64,000 bases of DNA from Eledone cirrhosa (Eukaryota), in NCBI GenBank assembly GCA_964016885.1, contig OZ024745.1, positions 99,634,001-99,698,000 of the forward strand, written 5' to 3'. The notes beneath the pieces were generated by a model that did no database searches, was not told the DNA's origin, and worked only from the letters and a program-made list of their open reading frames with translations. Of this stretch, positions 1-9,990 are shown one piece after another. Both the position numbers and the translations under genes were made by a program. Within the stretch, counting starts at the first letter, position 1, and every line of letters starts with the position of its first letter.

Positions 1-204
1 ATATACTCTTAAGCGAACCCATGCACTGTACAAAACATAGTACATAAATTCGGGAATTGATTATGCTATACTCTTATACGAACTATACTCTTATCTGATA
101 CACTCTTAAGCGGACCCATGCACTGTACAAAACATAGTACATAAATTTGGGAATTGATTATGCTATACTCTTATGCGAACTATACTCTTAAGCGGACTCG
201 ACTG
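1..204. mobile_element. Right end of a pogo/Tigger-like (Tc1/mariner superfamily) non-autonomous DNA transposon with an internal ~97-bp tandem duplication
   Basis: Ends ...ACTCTTAAGCGGACTCGACTG|TA (reverse complement TA|CAGTCGAGTCCGCTTAAGAG, a Tigger-type terminus with TA target). The block actcttaagcg.acccatgcactgtac...gaactatactctta occurs at ~5 and ~102. The left end lies outside the window. Confidence 0.6.
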
Positions 205-486
205 TACTTATATTTTCAAGTCTAGTATTTCTTTTGTCAACCCCTTTTTGCCAAACAGCTAACATACAGGACATAAATGTAAACACAGACATGGATACAC
301 ACACACATATATATATATTAGCAAAAACAGCTATTGAATAATGAATATATATATATACATATGATAAAGGGGGCAGATTGGAACCTTTCTTGCAAAGCTA
401 GAATTTGCTCTGGTGCATGTTTGCAAATTTCCTTAATTACTTGTCAGCACCAAACCAGCATTATATACACACACACACACACACAT

Positions 487-824
487 GGAGGCACATGGCT
501 TAGTGGCTAGAGCATTGGGCTTGTAACCGAAAGGTTGTGAGTTCAATTCTCAGACCGGGTGATGTGTTGTGTCCTTGAGCAAGACACTTTATTTCACATT
601 GCTCCAGTTTACTCAGCTGTAGAAATGAAATGATAGAGACTGGGGTCTCTATCATTCCACTGCAAAGGGTCATGGAGGTGCCACGACAAAAAAGCACCCA
701 GCACTCACTGTAAATGAGGTTGGTGTTAGGAAGGGCATCCAGCTGTAGAAATCAAGCCAGAATCAGTTCCCGTTCCACCTTTGTAAGCAGGGAAAAGCGG
801 ACGTAACATGATGACGATGATGAT
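487..824 (+). mobile_element. SINE family A (tRNA head, CORE-like centre, RTE-type 3' tail)
   Basis: A-box TGGCTTAGTGG, B-box GTTCAATTC, CORE-like TGTGTCCTTGAGCAAGACACTT, tail ...AAGCAGGGAAAAGCGGACGTAA(CATGATGACGATGATGAT). Near-identical copies at 3603, 9652 and 10203. Confidence 0.9.
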
Positions 825-1598
825 ACATATATATATATTTATTTATATATACAACAGGCTTCTGTACTTTCTGCCTACCAAATTTCATTCAGACAATGGG
901 ACTGAAATTGAAATTAAGTTTGAAAATCAAGCCCCTTGACTGAATAGTGTATTTGTGATCCATTGCAGTAAAATTTTGCACCAAAGAGGGAGATAGGGGA
1001 TGTTGGAGAGAGAGAAAGAGAAAAAAAGGCAATATATAATTTTCTTTTTTTTTCGCTATTTCTTTTCTTTTCATGACCAATTATTAAGAAATTACGAGAA
1101 TCTGAATAAGTGACATATAATTAATGTAAAATAAAATGGCCTATTAAAAGTTCATATCTGGAAAATTTAATGTTCATAAATATAAAGTTACTAGTTTTTT
1201 TGGTTACACATGAACAAGAAAAAATTTGAAAGTAAAATATTTTACGGTTAGTGTAATAGTGTAAATGTACTATATAGTAAGTAAACATTTTAAACACAAA
1301 TAATCACTATTGTCATAAATTTATATAAATTGCATATTCAAAAATATTTCTTGAACTAATGTTAAAAGCTCAAAAGGTATCTTGTCTATGAAAATTAACA
1401 AATTTGTTTTGTAATATTTATTATATGCGTTTAGGAGTGAGAATACTCAATAGCTTTTCTAAGGTCTTTCAAAATTGAGAATCCAGGTGGAGTTAGTGCA
1501 GCTAACATTATTTTTCAAATTTTATAAACTTTTTTCATAAAATTATAATATAAATCTATAACAGAGCTAAGTAATTACTTAAGAGTGTTGCTTTTTAA

Positions 1599-2230
1599 CC
1601 TCTTCAGTGTTGTAAACGAGATAACTCATCCTAACATGTATGCATTCTAGTGCCATGGACAAGATAAATCGTCCTAACATGTTTGAACTCTTTTCCACCA
1701 TTTCATAACTTCAAAGATAGATGGGATTACTAGTTTATTGATGTGACGTTTGTCAGTCATTCTGTTATGCATTGTTAATAAATGTTTGTTTAAAAATATA
1801 GTCATTATTTGGTACTGTTGGTAGAAGTGGTTACTCTGGGTTTTAAATTGTGAAAATATTTTGTTTTATTCATAGATTTGCAAAAATGTCGTAATGAGGT
1901 AAGCTGAAGCAGAGTTAAAGGATTGGTTGGAAGGGATTTCCCGGGGATTGTTTGTAATGTAATTGTGGAGAAGAGAGCATATGTGGGTGTGTTAGGTAGC
2001 AGTGGGAGTTATTGAGTCACCTCTACAGTTATCAGTACTGATTCAGTGAAAATGTTTTGTATGTATGTATTGATGGTATTTAGAAGTTAACATATTTCTG
2101 GGTGTAGTCTGATGGTGCTATGTGTATGTTTATTGTGTTAATCTCATTTATCTTACATGGGTTTTTTTTTTATCTTAAAGGCTTATATTTCAAGTATGAG
2201 GTTATGCCCAATTTAAGAGAAAATATCACT
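1599..2230 (+). mobile_element. Possible degenerate piggyBac-like element (left end)
   Basis: TTAA|CCTCTTCAGTG start and a twice-repeated subterminal motif (aacgagataactcatcct / gacaagataaatcgtcct). No right terminus found. Confidence 0.3.
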
Positions 2231-2416
2231 TCTGAATATATATATAAGTATGTATACGTACATACATACATGCATGCACACATATATATATATGTACATA
2301 TGGATTCACCGAACATTTATTATAATGCTCGGTGTGTTTGTAAACAAACATCCCGAATTAAGCCGTACAGTGTCTAGCAACCATCATTGCTCATTTGTTC
2401 AACACTGACAAAGGAA

Positions 2417-2457
2417 CGCTGTACTAGTTTCAAGCTTATTAGCTATCGTCAGCAACG
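2417..2457 (-). ncRNA. Minimal type I hammerhead ribozyme motif (minus-strand copy)
   Basis: Minus strand reads CGTTG-CTGACGA-tAGCTaataAGCTt-GAAA-CTAG-TA-CAGCG. Helix I is CGTTG/CAGCG, helix III is the palindrome ACTAGT, and the triplet is GUA. Confidence 0.7.
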
Positions 2458-2611
2458 TATACCTTCCTGCCAGATGGTTGAACGTCTGAAAGTATATACT
2501 TTCCTTATGCATATTAATGGCTGAGCAGCCTAATTTGCATATCGAGTGAGTTAATATGCATAAGGAAAGTATATACTTTCAGACGTTCAACCATCTGGCA
2601 GGAAGGTATAG

Positions 2612-2651
2612 GTTGCTGACGATAGCTAATAAGCTTGAAACTAGTACAGCG
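2612..2651 (+). ncRNA. Minimal type I hammerhead ribozyme motif
   Basis: GTTG(2612-15)-CTGACGA(2616-22)-helix II AGCT/AGCT closed by U.U-GAAA(2637-40)-CTAG-TA(2645-46)-CAGC(2647-50). Predicted cut after 2646. Confidence 0.7.
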
Positions 2652-2936
2652 TTCCTTTGTCAGTGTTGAACAAATGAACAACGATGGTTGCTAGACACTG
2701 TACGGCTTAATTCGGGATGTTTGTTTACAAACACACCGAGCATTATAATAAATGTTTGGTGAATCCATACGTACATATATATATGTGTGCATGTATGTTT
2801 ATATATATATATACATACTACTGTTCGTCTGTATACATATATGTATGTACGTATACATACTTATATTTAAGTAACAGCCGTACTAAGAGTGAGAAATGAA
2901 ATTTCGTTTCATTTTTTCCGTTTATATATATATATA

Positions 2937-3200
2937 TCATCATCATCATCAACGTTTAACGTCCGTGTTCCACGTTTGCATGGGTTTGGACGGGGGTTTT
3001 CCCACTTGAGGCAAGAGTGATTGTCTTGCTCGCATAGGACTGTCTGGCAGGTTTTCTACAGTTGGATGCCCTTCCTAACACCAACCACATTTACAGTGTG
3101 GGTCTGGGAGGTTTTTACCATGTTTGCCTACATGGCCACATTACAGCGTGGACTGTGTGTTTTTTTGTCGTGACACCTACACGATCTCATTTGTTTCGGC
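2937..3200 (-). mobile_element. RTE-tailed SINE fragment related to family A
   Basis: (CAT)n tail followed by cgtttaacgtccg...ggatgcccttcctaacaccaacc, the reverse complement of the family A 3' module. Confidence 0.75.
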
Positions 3201-3327
3201 CTGGATGGTGTGGCACCAACATAACTTTACATAGAAGGGGGCGGTGTGGATGGGGTGGGACGTGGGTGTATTTTGTTAGAGGTGCCTACTGATTGTAGTA
3301 GGTTTTAGTAGTAGGTTATATATATAT

Positions 3328-3400
3328 AAATAAAAGTAGTTCCACAACAATTAGTTCACCATACCGAGAACAAATGTTTCACCTTAAGCAGATCTTCAGA
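3328..3400 (-). mobile_element. 5'-truncated Penelope-like tail with partial hammerhead motif, embedded in (TA)n
   Basis: Minus strand reads CTGAAGA-tctgcttaaggt-GAAA-CATTTG-TT-ctcgg. The 5' strand of helix I is replaced by the TA repeat. Confidence 0.4.
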
Positions 3401-3419
3401 TATATATACATACACACAT

Positions 3420-3450
<31 letters not shown>

Positions 3451-3451
3451 A

Positions 3452-3597
3452 TGTAGTTTGATTGAAGCATTGTATATGATATAGATTACCAGGTAACTTA
3501 CTTTTTCGTTACCTCATCTTACAGTGCATTTTGCATTGTTTAGCCTTCTATCTCTTTCCACATAATATATCATATACAATGCTTCAAGCAAACTACA
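3452..3597. repeat. Small fold-back element with 32-bp inverted arms
   Basis: TGTAGTTTGATTGAAGCATTGTATATGATATA (3452-3483) versus TATATCATATACAATGCTTCAAGCAAACTACA (3566-3597), one mismatch. Confidence 0.8.
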
Positions 3598-3602
3598 ACA
3601 TT

Positions 3603-3957
3603 ATCATCATCATCATTTTACGTCCGCTTTTCCCTGCTTGCAAGGGTGGGACAGGAACTGATTCTGGCTTGATTTCTACAGCTGGATGCCCTTCCTAACA
3701 CCAACCTCATTTACAATGAGTGCTGGGGGCTTTTTTCCCATGGCGCCCACACGTCCACTTTACAGTGTGGGCTGGGTGCTTTTTTGCCGTGGCACCTCCA
3801 CGACCACTTTGCAGTGGAATGATCTCATTTCTACAGCTGAGTAAACTGGAGCAATGTGAAATAAAGTGTTTTGCTCAAGGAAACAACAGATCACTCGGTC
3901 TGAGAATTGAACTCACAACCTTTCAATTGCAAGGCCAATGCTCTAACCACTGAGCCT

Positions 3958-3960
<3 letters not shown>
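3603..3960 (-). mobile_element. SINE family A
   Basis: Reverse complement of 487-824, including the (CAT)n tail and A/B boxes. Confidence 0.9.
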
Positions 3961-3998
<38 letters not shown>

Positions 3999-4102
3999 AG
4001 GTGAGTTTTATTGTAGCAGAATAAAGCAATGCAAATATTGGATAAGTTGATTTAAAACTTCACTATTCACAAGTGTTTTTTAAGCTTCATATCATGTCTC
4101 CC

Positions 4103-4173
4103 TATTTTATCTGATGAGAACGCAGATATCATCCCATGATGATATTTGTTTTTGAAATGCGCATAATAAAATA
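4103..4173 (+). ncRNA. Type I hammerhead ribozyme motif with long helix II, inside a (TA)n-flanked insert (~3997-4207)
   Basis: TATTTTAT(4103-10)-CTGATGA(4111-17)-long helix II (gcagatatcatc/gatgatatttgt)-GAAA(4154-57)-TGCGCA-TA(4164-65)-ATAAAATA(4166-73). Perfect 8-bp helix I and perfect palindromic helix III ATGCGCAT. Confidence 0.75.
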
Positions 4174-4203
4174 CTTGGAACTCTTTTAACCATCTTTTGA
4201 TCT

Positions 4204-4243
<40 letters not shown>

Positions 4244-4650
4244 ACTCCAGGGTAATATATATATAACAAGAAAAAAAAACAATGAAATAAAGAAAGAATT
4301 TTGTTGCTTGATATTATATATATATATATATATTCAAATATAATTTCAAAGAGACCGTATTTCGGCGGGGGTCAAAAACAAAACGAAACGCAATCTTCGA
4401 GATATGTGGACTAAAAGATGACCAGAGCAATTAACATACATTATAAAGGCCAGATAAAATGAAAACAGTGGTGTGAAGCCATCAGCCACCGGAGCCCAAA
4501 AAAAAACGAAGCAAGCTAAACAGGTTAACAAAAGAATTTATATATATATATATATATATACACATATATATAAAATTCAGGATTTTATGTATATTATGAG
4601 GTATCAAATGTGTTTTTTTTTTTTCTCACTCTCTTGGCTTGAAACTTAGT

Positions 4651-4932
4651 AATTATGAATTTATGGGATCTGAGTTCAAATCCCGCCGAGGTTGACTTTG
4701 CCTTTCATCCTTACGGGGTCGATAAAATAAAGTACCAGTAATGTACTGAGTAATTGGTGGCCTTGTGCCTAAAGTAGAAACAATTATGAATTTATGGGAT
4801 CTGAGTTCAATTCCTGCCGAGGTTGACTTTGCCTTTCATCCTTACGGGGTCGATAAAATAAAGTACCAGTAATGTACTGAGTAATTGGTGGCCTTGTGCC
4901 TAAAGTAGAAACAATTATGAATTTATGGGATC
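4651..4932 (+). mobile_element. Two tandem 5'-truncated SINE family B copies separated and flanked by a triplicated 20-bp target site
   Basis: AATTATGAATTTATGGGATC at 4651, 4782 and 4913 (period 131) brackets tgagttcaa...gcctttcatccttacggggtcgataaaat...agtagaaac. Confidence 0.9.
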
Positions 4933-4949
4933 CTGTATTGAGGTTGCAG

Positions 4950-5145
4950 CATTAGTAGCTTCAGATTCAGTAGACCTATGATTAGATGGTGTTCCAAGAA
5001 TGAACATGATCTTTTATTTTAAGATAGTGTATCTTGAGTTATATTATATAATGTGTCCTTCCTTTAAAACAATAGTCTAAATTAATGGAAATTTGGCTGC
5101 TATTCAAGAAGGTCAAGTAACCAGAGAGACATCTTTGTTGGCTAA
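4950..5145 (+). mobile_element. Old interspersed repeat family C (further copies ~8745-8945, 11230-11310, 15030-15165, 45800-45990, 49975-50165, 50340-50500 minus, 60300-60490 minus)
   Basis: Recurrent motifs gacctatga...ttcca...acattatccaat...atttggctgctattt...ggtc(a/g)ag across copies; highly diverged. Confidence 0.6.
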
Positions 5146-6272
5146 ATTGTTTTTTTCTATTATTGCAAATGTGAATGTTTCTGTAGCTATAATACATAGT
5201 ATGGCATGATTATGATCAAGTAGTAATGTAATGTTGTATTTTACTGTGATTTTATTTAGGTTCACTATCTCAGCCATGTTTTAATTGTGAATTTTTTTTT
5301 TTTTTCATACATTCTATATATCTAGAGTTTAATTCTGTTGTCATTGATGCATGCTGTTGTTAGTGCACACTGTTATCAGTGCATGCAATTGCTGGTGCCT
5401 GCTGTTGTTGATAACATATGTTATTGATACATTAATGCATATTGTCGTTATTGATATTTGCTATGTCATTTCATAAGTAGGGTTTTGCTTTAAAAAGCTA
5501 ATAGCTAGATTATTCCTAAATCAAAATATCATTCATCCATCAAATTACTTGGAGACATACATACACACACCCTGATAAATTTGGTGTTACTAACTTCTAT
5601 CACAATTATGGTGTTATACTAAGATAATCGTCATCATGTGGTACCTACTTACAGCTAGATGCACTGAGCAATTAAATGCTAGACATCTAGGCTCACCATT
5701 AAGTACTTAGGAGTCAATTCTATTTAAACAGCATTAGAACACAAGAAAATAAAAACAAAAAGAGAGAAAGAAAGTGTATAATCTCTAATTTGGTAATTCA
5801 TGTCATGATATCTTCAGGACCATTAAACTAGCTTTGTTAATTAGGTGTTACTTTGTGGAAGTCAAGAATCTAGTTAAGTTACAGCCATCAGATAGAAAAG
5901 ACTTCATGGTTGAAGGAAAACATTCCAGTGAACTTATCTCTCAGTCTTTAAAGTTATTCTTATTATTAGCGTTATTCTTATTATTAGCATTACTATTATT
6001 ATACTTATTATTAGGGCAGGATTGTTAGCTTATTAGACATCAAGCTTTACAATATTTGTTCTGTATAATCAACTAATTCCCACCCCACCAAATTTCTAGC
6101 CTTGGATCTAGAAATTATTAATGAGTGGAGTAACAAAAAGAATGTTCTAAGAGGTGACTGAAAGAATTGGCACTAGGAAGAGCACCTGGCCATAAAACTG
6201 TCTCAAAAGGAACCCCCACAGTGAGTATGAAGCCAGTTTAATGGGTCCACAAACTAATTGTTGCTTTAACAG

Positions 6273-6304
6273 GGAGAATGATTTTAAAATAATTGCTGTA
6301 TTTG
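6273..6304 (+). CDS. Candidate 32-nt micro-exon (..ENDFKIIAVF..)
   Basis: Branch-like ACTAAT, acceptor ttgctttaacAG and donor TTG|GTAAGT. The open frame is phase-compatible with the 20277 exon; no homology evidence. Confidence 0.25.
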
Positions 6305-7035
6305 GTAAGTAGAATAATAGAGAGAAGGGTAAGGTAAGGCTAAGTTGAACCCAGTACTTGACTGGTACTTTACTATATTAACCTTGGAAATATGGAAGAC
6401 AAAGTTGATCTCAGTGAAATTTTAAATTAGAAGGTAAAGAGCCAAAACAAATTCTTGATTTGTTTTGTTTGATGTACTTATGATAATGATGATAATAATT
6501 GTGTCTAAAGGTAGAAAGCTACAAATCCAGTGATTGCTTATTATATCAGCCCTAGTACTTATTTGGTGCTTTATTTTATCAATCACAGAAGGATGAAAGA
6601 CAAAGTTCACTGCGGCAGAGTTTGAACTTAGAATGTAAAGTGTTAAGACTAAATACTACAAGGCATTTTGTCCAATATTCCAATGTTTCTGCCAACAGTC
6701 AGCTGTAGGAGTAACAGTGGCAGAAATAGTAGAGCACTGGACTAAAACCCCTGCAATTTAACTGATCTATGTTCTGGGTTAAAAACCGGCTGGGAACAAC
6801 TTTGTCTACTGAGGTAATAAAAGCTGATCTTGCACAATTGCACCTCTCAAAAGTGATGACATAGGATCGAGATGTTTGGCATCATGCAGTAATACAGAAA
6901 ACCCATATTCCCACGTGCATGGGTTGAAGCATACATCTAGTATGCACCATTTAACTCTTATCCTCCCTCCCTCATCCTAACACTCCACTCTTCATCCATG
7001 CATTTACCCCCCCCCCCCCCCACTCCCCAGCCAAG

Positions 7036-7500
7036 CCCCAGTCCACACTGTAAAGTGGTTGCTTTGGTGCCACGACAAAAAGCACCCAGTCATCACTGTA
7101 AAGTGGTCATGTTGGTATATTGACAAAAAGCACCCACTCCACACTGTAAAGTGGTCATGTTGGTATATTGACAAAAAGCACCCAGTCATCACTGTAAAGT
7201 GGTCATGTTGGTATATTGACAAAAAGCACCCACTCCACACTGTAAAGTGGTCATGTTGGTATATTGACAAAAAGCACCCACTCCACACTGTAAAGTGGTC
7301 ATGTTGGTATATTGACAAAAAGCACCCACTCCACACTGTAAAGTGGTCATGTTGGTATATTGACAAAAAGCACCCACTCCACACTGTAAAGTGGTCATGT
7401 TGGTATATTGACAAAAAGCACCCAGTCATCACTGTAAAGTGGTCATTATGATGCCATGGTAAAAAGCTCCCAGCCCACACTAAAGTGGTTTTGTAGGTGT
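7036..7500 (+). repeat. 48-bp minisatellite (~9 copies) expanded from an internal SINE module
   Basis: Unit cccactccacactgtaaagtggtcatgttggtatattgacaaaaagca. The same aaaagcaccc...cactgtaaa module occurs in 1-2 copies in SINE A. Confidence 0.9.
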
Positions 7501-8003
7501 CACGACAAAAAGTACCACATAAATGTGGTTGGCATTAGGAAGGGCTAAACAACAACAACAACAACAGCAACATGAAAGAAACATTAGTTTCACAAGTGCA
7601 GCTGTTTCGTTTTTCTTCTTTTTTCTGTTAAATAGCCAAATTTCTATGGAACATTTGGATAAAATAGATCTGAAGCCCACATAATGGAGCCCAAAGTAGT
7701 CTCACAAATGTCATTCTTATGGAACAAAGAAGATGTGAAGGATGAATAGTAAAGTTAGGACTGGTGAATCCCCATCCTTTGGCAATAAAAAAATAACCCA
7801 ATGACAGACATAAACAACAAAGAAATTGATGAAGGTGTAGAAAGATGTAAGTTTCCTTAGATTTGTTGTCCCCCAAGAGACTTGTTGACAATCAATTTAG
7901 CATTGTAGGATGGTGAAGTTAACAAAACCTTCATTATAATTATCTCTGCAGAAGATACTATAGATAATACATATATCTGAAAAACACATCCACATCCCTC
8001 TTC

Positions 8004-8142
8004 ACACACACACACACACACACACATACATATGTACATACACACACACACACATACATACACACACATGTACATACATGCATACACACACCCATGTACA
8101 TACATACACACACACACATGTACATACACTCACACACACACA
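8004..8142. repeat. Compound (CA)n/(TACA)n microsatellite
   Basis: Direct reading. Confidence 0.95.
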
Positions 8143-9157
8143 CTAATGAAATGTACAAGGCATATATATGCTGATAATATCTAAGACATTCTGGTAGATA
8201 AAAAATCTATGAAATGTTTTTTTTTTTCTGTTGGAACACATGGTTTTATATCTAATTCACAACACACACATATTGATATGTTTTGAATACACATCTAAAG
8301 CTACCCTGCACACCATTCCCATAGTATATCTCACATTCAGAAACCCTAATATGATGTCAAACACAACTAAATAAACAAATATAAAGTGAAATAGATTGTA
8401 ATCCTGCCATGGTTGGGAACCACCTTGAACACCCTCGCCCCATTCCAGTCTCTATCTTTAAACCCTCTGAATAGGAGGAGGTAAGCATGGTGTGAGTTTA
8501 TAGACAAAGGTGATGAAGACAAGCACTCCCTCACACTACATTGTTTGAGAATGTAATAGGATCATACAACCAAATGTAGGAAGGGTGGCCATGGGATTTT
8601 GGTGAGAGGATAAAAAAAAAATGGAAAAATAAGAATGAAAGACTTATAAAAAGATCATGAAAGAAATAGATAACAAAATAGATAAGAACCCCAATAAAGA
8701 TCACAGGCATTCAAACAGTTACAGAAGGTTGTTGTTGTTGTTGTTTAACCCCAGGGAAGCATTGATAAAGAAGACCCATAACCCAAACCATTCCAGCCAT
8801 AACTATCCCATCTTTTTTCACACCTTTGTATACCCTGGAATACATTATCCAATATATATGCTTTTTTTAAAGAGAGTACGGAGTGATTTGAGGGAAATTT
8901 GACTGCTATTTCTGGCAGGTCGAGCAACCATATGAAGGTTCCTTTTACTTATAGTATTTAATATATTATATACATTATATAGCTTCTAAGGAATATTCTA
9001 TCACATTGGAATTACTTGCCACATTATTTCAACAATATAAAACATTAGAAATGAGACAAAATCTCTCTCTCAAAACTCAAAAATCTTTAAATTACACAAT
9101 ATGTTATCCTTGGTGGACCAAATTCATTGCTTTATATATATATATATATATATATAT

Positions 9158-9480
9158 GCTGATATGCAAATATGGCTGATCAGTGGATCTGCTAATATGC
9201 AGATCTGACTGATCAGCCAGTCTGCTAATATGCAAATCAGACCGATCAGTCATTGTATATTTTAAAAAATAGCATATATTTTCACTAGCTCTGACAGTTG
9301 GCAGGTGAACAGTGAGATGTACTGATGAACACAGAAACACTAGTGTCTGCAATTCTGTTTACATGCCAACACAAGAGCAAGAATGAGGGGCTCATTCTAC
9401 TGACATGGCTTTAAAAATGAGGCATGTTTGCATAATTGCAAACGAATTGATTATTAATATTCGAAAACTTAGATTACATT

Positions 9481-9485
<5 letters not shown>
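9158..9485 (+). mobile_element. Penelope-like terminal element: three 33-bp octamer repeats, hammerhead and 3' hairpin, between (TA)n tracts
   Basis: gct(g/a)atatgca(a/g)at units at 9158, 9191 and 9224; hammerhead at 9318-9351; hairpin GTTTGCA-taat-TGCAAAC. Architecture is shared with the 2245 element. Confidence 0.7.
9318..9351 (+). ncRNA. Minimal type I hammerhead ribozyme motif lacking helix II
   Basis: TGTA(9318-21)-CTGATGA(9322-28)-acaca-GAAA(9334-37)-CACTAGTG-TC(9346-47)-TGCA. Helix III is the perfect 10-nt palindrome ACACTAGTGT, the triplet is GUC, and helix I can extend via aacag/ctgtt. Confidence 0.8.
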
Positions 9486-9568
<83 letters not shown>

Positions 9569-9599
9569 AATGTAATTTGAGTTTTCGAATATTAATAAT
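9450..9599. repeat. ~150-bp palindrome centred on a (TA)n tract
   Basis: ATTATTAATATTCGAAAACTTAGATTACATTTATTA-(TA)n-TAATAAATGTAATTTGAGTTTTCGAATATTAATAAT, with 2 mismatches in the 36-bp arms. Confidence 0.85.
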
Positions 9600-9651
9600 A
9601 ATATTGGAGGTACATAATAAAATAAATTTGGAGGCACATAATAATAAAATT

Positions 9652-9990
9652 GGAGGCACATGGCCTAGTGGTTAGAGCATTGGCTTTGCAATCGAAAGGT
9701 TGTGAGTTCAATTCTCAGACCGGGTGATGTGTTGTTTCCTTGAGCAAGACACTTTATTTCACATTGCTCCAGTTTACTCAGCTGTAGAAATGAGATGATA
9801 GGGACTGGGGTGCCTGCCTATCATTCCACTGCAAAGCAGTCGTGAATGTGTCACGGCAAAAAAGCCGCCAGCACTCACTGTAAATGAGGTTGGTGTTAGG
9901 AAGGGCATCCAGCTGTAGAAATCAAGCCAGAATCAGTTCCCATCCCACCCTTGCAAGCAGGGAAAAGCGGACGTAAAAATGATGATGATG
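9652..9990 (+). mobile_element. SINE family A (full length)
   Basis: Near-identical to 487-824, with (GAT)n tail. Confidence 0.92.

Larger units (their letters stand above)
2245..2865. mobile_element. Fold-back (palindromic) Penelope-like terminal-repeat element carrying two hammerhead motifs
   Basis: Arms 2299-2517 and 2551-2769 are near-perfect reverse complements that extend into the flanking TA/CA repeats. The 33-nt loop contains ATTTGCAT, and each arm has a hammerhead core. Confidence 0.75.

Noticed and set aside
487-565. tRNA gene (also heads at 9652, 12020 and 61150)
   Set aside because: A and B boxes are present but the sequence continues into a multi-copy SINE body and tail, with no proper acceptor stem or terminator.
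1876-1898. 23-nt micro-exon (catAG...GAG|GTAAGC)
   Set aside because: Lies within a probable degenerate piggyBac-like element and is too short to distinguish from chance.
4334-4540. Minus-strand hammerhead (CCGAAATACGGTC with CTGATGG or TCGAAGA upstream)
   Set aside because: No canonical CUGAnGA at a suitable position and no helix I pairing with the sequence after GUC.
7004-7480. Repeat-protein gene with Cys/His/Trp repeats
   Set aside because: The unit is a SINE-internal module, and openness in several frames on both strands is explained by the 48-bp period.
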